From an uncultured Alphaproteobacteria bacterium (GTDB taxonomy: Bacteria; Pseudomonadota; Alphaproteobacteria; HIMB59; GCA-002718135), in NCBI GenBank assembly GCA_902586695.1, contig CACIIL010000001.1, positions 22,196 through 86,195 on the forward strand: a DNA stretch of 64,000 nt, in the 5' to 3' direction. The notes under the pieces were generated by a model. The model was not told the DNA's origin. It did no database searches and saw only the letters and a list, made by a program, of their open reading frames with translations. Each line of letters opens with the position of its first letter. Position 1 is the stretch's first letter. A program made the position numbers and the translations under genes. Shown piece by piece: positions 58,302 to 64,000 of this stretch.

Positions 58302-60163
58302 TTTTTTAAAATCGCGATTATACTTGAAAATATCATTATAAATACTCCAATCCAGATAAAACTAATTAAAGGGTTTATATATATCTTTATAAACCAGACA
58401 TCATTATTATTATTTCCAAGAGTTATATAAATGTCTTTTAACCAATCGTGATATATACCTGCTTCAGTAGTGATCATTTTTGATACGGGATAATAATTTC
58501 TTCCAGGCTTAATATAATTTATTAACTGACCTTTTTTTTCTAATAAAAAATTTGCTCTTAATGATTGGTAATTTTTTTCTTCAACAATATCTATACTTTC
58601 AAATTTCAATACTACATTATCTATATTTATTTTATCGCCAACTGTAACGTTAAAATTGTATTCTTTTTGATAAATACTTGAAAAAGTAATTCCAATTATC
58701 ATAACCCCAACACCAATGTGAGCAATAAAACTGTTTATTATTTTTATATAATATAATGAAAGTGAAAATTTGAATCTTAAAAAAATTGATATAATGGAAG
58801 CGGTGATTATCCAACTTCCAAGAATTAAACCAATAAAACCCCAAGTATTAAAATTTGTAAAATAAGATTGAATACAAACTACAGCACTTAAGATTATAAA
58901 AAATATTACATAAATTTTAAATTTTTGTATTTTGTTTGTTTGCCATGATAATACTGGAGCTACACTCATTAATAAAAAGCCAGGAAGAAGAATAGGTAAA
59001 ACAGTTGAATTAAAGTAAGGTCCTCCAACAGATACTCTAGTATTTGTTATCACTTCTATAATAATTGGATAAATTGTTCCAAGAAGTATTGTCAACACAG
59101 CTATAATCATAAGAATATTGTTTATTATTAATGCAGACGTTTTGTTAATAAAAAGCAAATTTAAATCATTTTTTTTTGTTGGGGATTTAATTAAAAATAC
59201 TAAAAAACCAAAACCAGTTGTTAAAAAGAAAATTAAAAGAATAAATAAACCCCTTGAGGCATCCGATGCAAAAGAGTGAACACTTGTTAAGATTCCTGAT
59301 CTAACTAAAAATGTGCCAAGTATGCTTAAAGAAAAGCAAAGTATAGCAAGAAAAACAATCCATTTTTCTATAGCTTGTTCACCCCTTATCATTATTAGTG
59401 AATGAACTAGTGCTAATCCAGTTATCCATGGCATTAATGAAATATTTTCTACCGGATCCCAAAACCACCACCCTCCCCATCCAAGTTCATAATACGCCCA
59501 GTATGAACCAAGTGCTATTCCTGCTGTTAGAAAACCCCAACTTATCATCGACCATTTTCTTGTTTCAATTATCCAATCTTGATCATTATTTTTTTTTAAT
59601 AAACTTGCAATTGCTAAGCTAAATACCAATGAAAAACCAACATAACCCAAATATAACATTGGAGGATGAATAGCTAATGCAGGGTCTTGTAAAATTGGAT
59701 TTAAGCCAAGACCTTCTTTAATCAATATTGAGTTTATTAAGAATGGGTTTGATGTAAAAATAACAAACATTGCAAAGATTACAAAGAGAGCACTTTGTAT
59801 TTTTAATACTAAAATTTTAAAATCATTTAAAGATTTACTGATTAAAGAATATAAAAGTCCATAAATAGAAATCATACATAGCCACAACAAAATAGAACCT
59901 TCATGATTACCCCATACTCCAGTAATTTTGTAAATAAGTGGTTTGTCAGAATGAGAGTTTTGAAAGACATTAAAATTTGAAAAATCAGAATTAACATATG
60001 CAAAGACCAAAGATAAAAATGAAATGCAAACAAATAAAGTTGAGCATCTGCAAAGAAACAAAAAGTTTTTAATCTTAATATTTGTAATTGAATTTGGTAT
60101 TAGAACTATTATGGAAATAATAGAAGAAAGACACAATGAATAAAAGCCTATTATTGAACTCAT
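58298..60163 (-). CDS. ccmF: Cytochrome c heme lyase subunit CcmF
   Basis: WGGWWFWDPVEN (WWD domain), multi-TM, 621 aa. Confidence 0.95.
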   Translation of the reverse strand: MSSIIGFYSLCLSSIISIIVLIPNSITNIKIKNFLFLCRCSTLFVCISFLSLVFAYVNSDFSNFNVFQNSHSDKPLIYKITGVWGNHEGSILLWLCMISIYGLLYSLISKSLNDFKILVLKIQSALFVIFAMFVIFTSNPFLINSILIKEGLGLNPILQDPALAIHPPMLYLGYVGFSLVFSLAIASLLKKNNDQDWIIETRKWSMISWGFLTAGIALGSYWAYYELGWGGWWFWDPVENISLMPWITGLALVHSLIMIRGEQAIEKWIVFLAILCFSLSILGTFLVRSGILTSVHSFASDASRGLFILLIFFLTTGFGFLVFLIKSPTKKNDLNLLFINKTSALIINNILMIIAVLTILLGTIYPIIIEVITNTRVSVGGPYFNSTVLPILLPGFLLMSVAPVLSWQTNKIQKFKIYVIFFIILSAVVCIQSYFTNFNTWGFIGLILGSWIITASIISIFLRFKFSLSLYYIKIINSFIAHIGVGVMIIGITFSSIYQKEYNFNVTVGDKINIDNVVLKFESIDIVEEKNYQSLRANFLLEKKGQLINYIKPGRNYYPVSKMITTEAGIYHDWLKDIYITLGNNNNDVWFIKIYINPLISFIWIGVFIMIFSSIIAILKK

Positions 60164-60600
60164 TTATATTCTTTTTTCCACTGATTATTCTTTTTTAATT
60201 CTTTTTTTATTGATGCAGGCATATAATTTTCGTCATGCTTTGCATAAACTCTTGACGCAATAATATAATTTTTATTATTCAAAATACCTTCAACTACAGC
60301 ACCTTGCCCTTCTCTAAACAAATCTGGCAATATTCCTTCATAAAATACTAAAAGCTCATTTTTATTATCAGTTATTTTAAACTCATATTCGTTAAGTGTT
60401 TTTTTTGTTAAAGAGGATTTTTTTATATAACCCCCAATTCTGATTTTATTTTCTAAAGAAATATTATTTTCTAACAATTCAGTCGGAGTATAAAAAAAAA
60501 CAATATTTTTTTTTGTGTTGAACAATATTAATAATAATGCAGCGCCAAGTATTAATAATGTCATTAAAATTAATATTAATCTCTGAAATCTTAAACTCAT
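60160..60600 (-). CDS. ccmE: Heme chaperone CcmE
   Basis: N-terminal anchor, OB-fold region, and AKHDENYMP containing the heme-binding His. Confidence 0.9.
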   Translation of the reverse strand: MSLRFQRLILILMTLLILGAALLLILFNTKKNIVFFYTPTELLENNISLENKIRIGGYIKKSSLTKKTLNEYEFKITDNKNELLVFYEGILPDLFREGQGAVVEGILNNKNYIIASRVYAKHDENYMPASIKKELKKNNQWKKEYK

Positions 60601-60605
60601 AATCT

Positions 60606-60704
60606 CTATTTTAGTTTTTTTAATTTTAGATAAGAGAAAATTAATAGTAAAAAAACTAAAAAGAATGTTGCAAAATAACTAGTAAACACAAACCAAAAAT
60701 ACAT
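60606..60704 (-). CDS. ccmD: Heme exporter protein CcmD (small ORF, not in the supplied ORF track)
   Basis: My hand translation gives MYFWFVFTSYFATFFLVFLLLIFSYLKLKKLK*: one TM helix plus a basic tail. It sits exactly between ccmC and ccmE and stops 5 nt before the ccmE start. Confidence 0.55.
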   Translation of the reverse strand: MYFWFVFTSYFATFFLVFLLLIFSYLKLKKLK

Positions 60705-60771
60705 AATTTATAAGACTCTTATACATGATTTAATTATATTTAAAGCGATGACTAAAGGTCTCAAATATCTA

Positions 60772-61467
60772 CTATAGATGGCTTTTTCTAATTAATATTT
60801 CCGCCTTTATTCGTAAAATTGCAATTATTACTGCAATTAAACTAAAGGCTAATATCATAATTAGAAGCGGTTTAAGCATTGAAATGTCTATGGAGGGTGA
60901 GGATAACTTACTAATACTTGCTGGTTGATGTAATGTGTTCCACCAATCAACAGAAAATTTTATAATTGGAAGATTGATTGATCCTATTAAAATAAATATT
61001 GCTACAGTTTTTTCCCTTACCTCTCTATTTTCAAATGTTTGATATAAAAAAATAATTATTAGATAAACAACAAATAAAATAGCAACTGATGTTAATCTTG
61101 CATCCCATACCCACCAAGTACCCCACATAGGCTTTCCCCACATTGATCCAGATATAAGGCATGATAGCGTAAATACCGCACCAATAGGAGCAATAGCTTT
61201 ATTAATTATAAAACTAAATGGCATTTTAAAAGCTAAACCAATAATACTATAAATTGTCATAATAGCATAAATAAGAATTGCTAAGTATGCAGAAGGAACA
61301 TGAACATACATGATTTTTACTGTAAGGCCTTGTTGATAATCTAGAGGGGATTTATAAACATAAAATAAACCAATTATAAAAACTAATAAAGTAAAAATAA
61401 CAAGCGGTTTAAATACAAGGTCGCTAAATTTTATAAATTTAGATGGGTTAATTAAAAATTTTAACAT
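60772..61467 (-). CDS. ccmC: Heme exporter protein CcmC
   Basis: WGKPMWGTWWVWDARLTS (WWD motif), six TM segments. Confidence 0.9.
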   Translation of the reverse strand: MLKFLINPSKFIKFSDLVFKPLVIFTLLVFIIGLFYVYKSPLDYQQGLTVKIMYVHVPSAYLAILIYAIMTIYSIIGLAFKMPFSFIINKAIAPIGAVFTLSCLISGSMWGKPMWGTWWVWDARLTSVAILFVVYLIIIFLYQTFENREVREKTVAIFILIGSINLPIIKFSVDWWNTLHQPASISKLSSPSIDISMLKPLLIMILAFSLIAVIIAILRIKAEILIRKSHL

Positions 61468-62138
61468 TATTTATTTTTAATAGCTAATTTTATACATGAA
61501 GCACTTGACCAAGGCGAAATACCTACAAAAATTAATGCTATACCAAAAAGTAGATTTAATAGAGAAGTGAAATCATTATTTGAATTTATTATTCCGACAG
61601 AAAATATTATAACTGGTATGCTAAATAAAAGTATAATTAAACTGCCAATAGAAAAATTTGTTTTATTTAATAAGTTCATTGAAGCGGAGATAGAGCCCAA
61701 ACATGACAAAATCAATGATCCAATAGCAAAAGTTATAATTAAAACAATTATTTCATTAATGTTTATATTAAAAAATAGACCGGCTATTGGTATTGAAATT
61801 AAAAAAGGAATTTGAACAAATATAAAATGTGAAATAATTTTCAAAAATGCTATTAATTCATAACTTAATCCACCCATATGCATAATTATAAGACTACCAT
61901 TTTTAAAATCATCTTCATAAATTCTTCTAATGCTAAGAGTAGAGCTAAGCAATAGTAATGCCCATATTATTCCAACACCAATTGTTTGCATAAGCGCCTT
62001 TTCAGCTCCTAATGCAAAAACAAATACGAATATTGATAAGAAAAAAAATAAAATATTTGAAAAAAGATCTGTAATTTTGCTATAAAATAATTTTAATTCC
62101 CTAAAAAAAAATAATTTAATTTTTTTGAATATTTGCAT
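61467..62138 (-). CDS. ccmB: Heme exporter permease CcmB
   Basis: 223-aa polytopic membrane protein between ccmA and ccmC. 1-nt overlap with ccmC. Confidence 0.85.
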   Translation of the reverse strand: MQIFKKIKLFFFRELKLFYSKITDLFSNILFFFLSIFVFVFALGAEKALMQTIGVGIIWALLLLSSTLSIRRIYEDDFKNGSLIIMHMGGLSYELIAFLKIISHFIFVQIPFLISIPIAGLFFNININEIIVLIITFAIGSLILSCLGSISASMNLLNKTNFSIGSLIILLFSIPVIIFSVGIINSNNDFTSLLNLLFGIALIFVGISPWSSASCIKLAIKNK

Positions 62139-62747
62139 TTATTTAAAATTAATTATTTCGAGGTTAGTAATAATTGGTTCAAAATGAGATGCAAAAAGAA
62201 TTATTCCATTTTTTTTTATATGGTCAACAAAAGTTTGATTTAAAATTTCAATAGACCCTTCGTCCAGATGATTGTATGGTTCATCTAAAATCCATATTTT
62301 TTTTTGTTCAATAATTAATCTAAGTAATTCTAATTTTTTTACTTCTCCAGATGACAAATACATAACTTGGGTATGTATATATTTTTCTAATTTAAAAGCT
62401 TGAAGTAATAATAAAACTTCATTGTCAGTTATTGTAGAATCTGAAAATCCCTTCCAAAAATTAATATTATTAATTAATGTTAAACTTTTAGTAGAGCTAG
62501 GCTCATCCATTATTAAAGTTATTTCTTTGTAAAAATTAAATATATTTTTCTTTATATTTTTACCTTCCCAAAATACCTCACCATTTTCAGGTAATAAAAT
62601 ATTTAAAATGGTTTTAAGAAAAGTAGTTTTGCCTGATCCATTTTTTCCTTTAATTTGTTTTATTTGTCCTCTACCAATTGATAAACTTATATCATTAAAG
62701 ATATTAACTTTATTTCTTGAAAACGATAAATTATTTGCGAGAAGCAT
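62139..62747 (-). CDS. ccmA: Heme exporter ATP-binding protein CcmA
   Basis: Walker A GKNGSGKTT, signature LSSGEVKK and Walker B ILDEP. Confidence 0.9.
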   Translation of the reverse strand: MLLANNLSFSRNKVNIFNDISLSIGRGQIKQIKGKNGSGKTTFLKTILNILLPENGEVFWEGKNIKKNIFNFYKEITLIMDEPSSTKSLTLINNINFWKGFSDSTITDNEVLLLLQAFKLEKYIHTQVMYLSSGEVKKLELLRLIIEQKKIWILDEPYNHLDEGSIEILNQTFVDHIKKNGIILFASHFEPIITNLEIINFK

Positions 62748-62790
62748 TTTTACTGATTACGAGTATTTTGTATTTTTCTCAATAAAAAAA

Positions 62791-62806
62791 ACGGGGATAA
62801 CCCCGT
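62791..62806 (-). terminator. Rho-independent terminator between the Lys/Ala-rich gene and ccmA
   Basis: ACGGGG-ATAA-CCCCGT flanked by an A-run on one side and a T-run on the other. On the minus strand the stem is followed by TTTTTTTTATT. Confidence 0.75.
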
Positions 62807-62876
62807 TTTTGAAGTTTTTAGAAAAATTAAGAAAAAGAAAAAAAAAGTATTTTTTCTTGTTCTAAAAGAAAATATT

Positions 62877-63101
62877 CTATCTTCTTCTTTTAGCAGCCTT
62901 TTTCTTTTTCTTAGCAGCCTTTTTCTTTTTCTTAGGTGCTGCTCTTTTTTTCTTCTTAGGAGCAGCTCTTTTCTTTTTCTTAGGTGCCGCTCTTTTTTTC
63001 TTTTTAGGAGCAGCTCTTTTCTTTTTCTTAGGTGCTGCTTTTTTTCTCTTAGGAGCAGCTTTTCTTCTTTTAGCTGCTGCTTTCTTTTTCTTCTTTGCCA
63101 T
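62877..63101 (-). CDS. Lys/Ala/Pro-repeat, histone H1-like basic protein (74 aa)
   Basis: The ORF is composed only of M, A, K, R and P, with AAPKKKKR x4 plus variants. AAGGAG lies 6 nt upstream of the ATG and a dedicated terminator lies downstream. It resembles AlgP/Hc1-type bacterial H1-like proteins. Confidence 0.65.
   Translation of the reverse strand: MAKKKKKAAAKRRKAAPKRKKAAPKKKKRAAPKKKKRAAPKKKKRAAPKKKKRAAPKKKKKAAKKKKKAAKRRR
62931..63060. repeat. Tandem 24-bp coding repeat organised as a 48-bp higher-order unit (about 2.7 copies)
   Basis: 62931-62978 and 62979-63026 are 46/48 identical. Adjacent 24-bp units are 20/24 identical, differ only at synonymous sites, and encode the same KKKRAAPK. 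Confidence 0.85.
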
Positions 63102-63447
63102 TTAATGCTCCTTGTATTGGGTTAAAGTGGAGGAACCCCCCTCCATCATCACTTAAAATAAGTGACAAACATAAAAGGCTTTCTTTTTTTCCCAAAACTT
63201 ACGCTTAAAGTCAACAATTTACGAAAACTTTGAAATGTTATATTTTTATTTTTTAAATTAATAAAAAATTTAATTTAAGCTCAGTCTATTTTTGGCAGAA
63301 ATCTAATTAAAATTTAACAAAATAACTATACAAATTTTTTTTGAGTATTATTAGTTAAAAACTTAATTCTAAATTTTAATACTAAATAGGATTACAAAAA
63401 TAAGGTTAGTTAACAAAAAGTAATTATAAGTAAAATAAAAAATAGCT

Positions 63448-64000
63448 ATGAAATCTCTAAACTCTTTCAATACATGTAAAATTATACAAATTGATGAAAA
63501 AAAATATCAATATTATGATTTAAATATATTGGCAAAGATTTTTGATTTTGAATTATCAAAAGTCCCTAATTCAATTAAAATACTTTTAGAAAACCTTATT
63601 AGGAATGAAGACGGTGAGTCAGTAACCAAAGATATGATTTCAAATTTATGTCTAAAGATTAATCAAACTTTAGATAATTATGAAATTGCATTTACACCAA
63701 CCCGGGTTCTAATGCAGGACTTTACTGGGGTTCCAGCAGTAGCGGATTTGGCAGCAATGAGGAATGCTTTGAAAAAAAAAGGAATTGATCCAAATAAAAT
63801 CAACCCTCTTTCAAGAGTTGATTTGATCATAGATCATTCTGTTATGGTTGATCATTTTGGAGATGAGGAAGCATATAAAAAAAATGTAAAGAAAGAATTT
63901 GATCGGAATAAAGAAAGATATGAGTTTTTAAAATGGGGACAGCAAACATTCGATAATTTTTATTTAGCACCACCTGGGGGTGGTATTTGCCATCAAGTAA
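63448..64000 (+). CDS. acnA: Aconitate hydratase A, 5' portion (continues beyond the window; not in the ORF track)
   Basis: My translation from ATG 63448 gives MKSLNSFNT...LENLIRNEDG...FTPTRVLMQDFTGVPAVADLAAMR...IDHSVMVD...ERYEFLKWGQQ.F.NF...PPGGGICHQV. These are hallmark AcnA N-terminal blocks. Confidence 0.95.
   Translation, partial: MKSLNSFNTCKIIQIDEKKYQYYDLNILAKIFDFELSKVPNSIKILLENLIRNEDGESVTKDMISNLCLKINQTLDNYEIAFTPTRVLMQDFTGVPAVADLAAMRNALKKKGIDPNKINPLSRVDLIIDHSVMVDHFGDEEAYKKNVKKEFDRNKERYEFLKWGQQTFDNFYLAPPGGGICHQV

Noticed and set aside
62931-63060. Regular 24/48-bp repeats considered as a possible CRISPR-like or satellite array.
   Set aside because: The repeats are contiguous with no unique spacers, lie in-frame within an ORF that has an SD and a terminator, and differ only at synonymous sites. 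This is a coding repeat, not a CRISPR array.
63176-63447. AT-rich 5' region of acnA containing loosely repeated TTACG-containing segments (AAAACTTACG ... TTTACGAAAACTT), considered as an iron-responsive operator.
   Set aside because: I could find no match to the Fur, Irr (ICE) or RirA box formats I know, and the repeats are short and imperfect.
1-64000. Search for rRNA, tmRNA, RNase P, known riboswitch-like GC-rich islands, transposases, integrases and prophage blocks.
   Set aside because: None recognised. The only structured RNA gene is tRNA-Gly. The T4-type lysozyme is isolated, with no other phage genes nearby. A covariance-model scan would be needed to exclude small ncRNAs.

Overview
This is an extremely AT-rich, very gene-dense chromosome segment, with many 1-4 nt gene overlaps and short spacers. 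The protein set and synteny are alphaproteobacterial and look like a streamlined marine SAR11/Pelagibacterales-type genome. That taxonomic call is inference from composition and gene content, not from a database search.

Gene content:
- 1-25.4 kb is the classical alphaproteobacterial origin-proximal block. dnaQ-coaE-aroE-maf lie on the minus strand and diverge from rho-mnmE-mnmG-rsmG-parA-parB on the plus strand. holA-lptE-leuS, a porin-like gene, ftsK and ubiH-family genes follow.
- tRNA-Gly(GCC) at 25.4 kb is followed by a roughly 7 kb accessory stretch: hydrolase, EgtD-like methyltransferase, GSCFA, sulfotransferase, two nucleotidyltransferase-fold proteins, GT9 and a TIGR02466-type oxygenase.
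- The rest is mostly housekeeping: purH, rsmB, tdk, acs, tsaD, a hemY-like gene, argG, folD, an amino-acid binding protein, a complete contiguous ccmABCDEFGH operon, and the 5' part of acnA. Glycosyltransferase-like genes are scattered between these genes.

Most notable observations:
1. The 409-bp maf|rho spacer is a likely oriC. Two parS-type palindromes lie 2.4-2.7 kb away.
2. A decayed tRNA-Gly fragment 1.9 kb downstream of the intact tRNA brackets a two-gene insert.
3. A tightly coupled oxygenase-GT9-NTase-NTase operon has unknown function.
4. Two tandem paralogous TPR+GT9-like fusion proteins sit next to a GT8-like gene.
5. A membrane coiled-coil gene upstream of the hemY-like gene is split at an A7 run.
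6. A 74-aa protein is built only from M/A/K/R/P. It is encoded by a 48-bp higher-order repeat that alternates synonymous codons.
7. An array of alternating TTAATGAA half-sites lies directly upstream of the porin-like gene.

No CRISPR array, transposase, integrase or rRNA was seen. All calls rest on motif recognition by eye.
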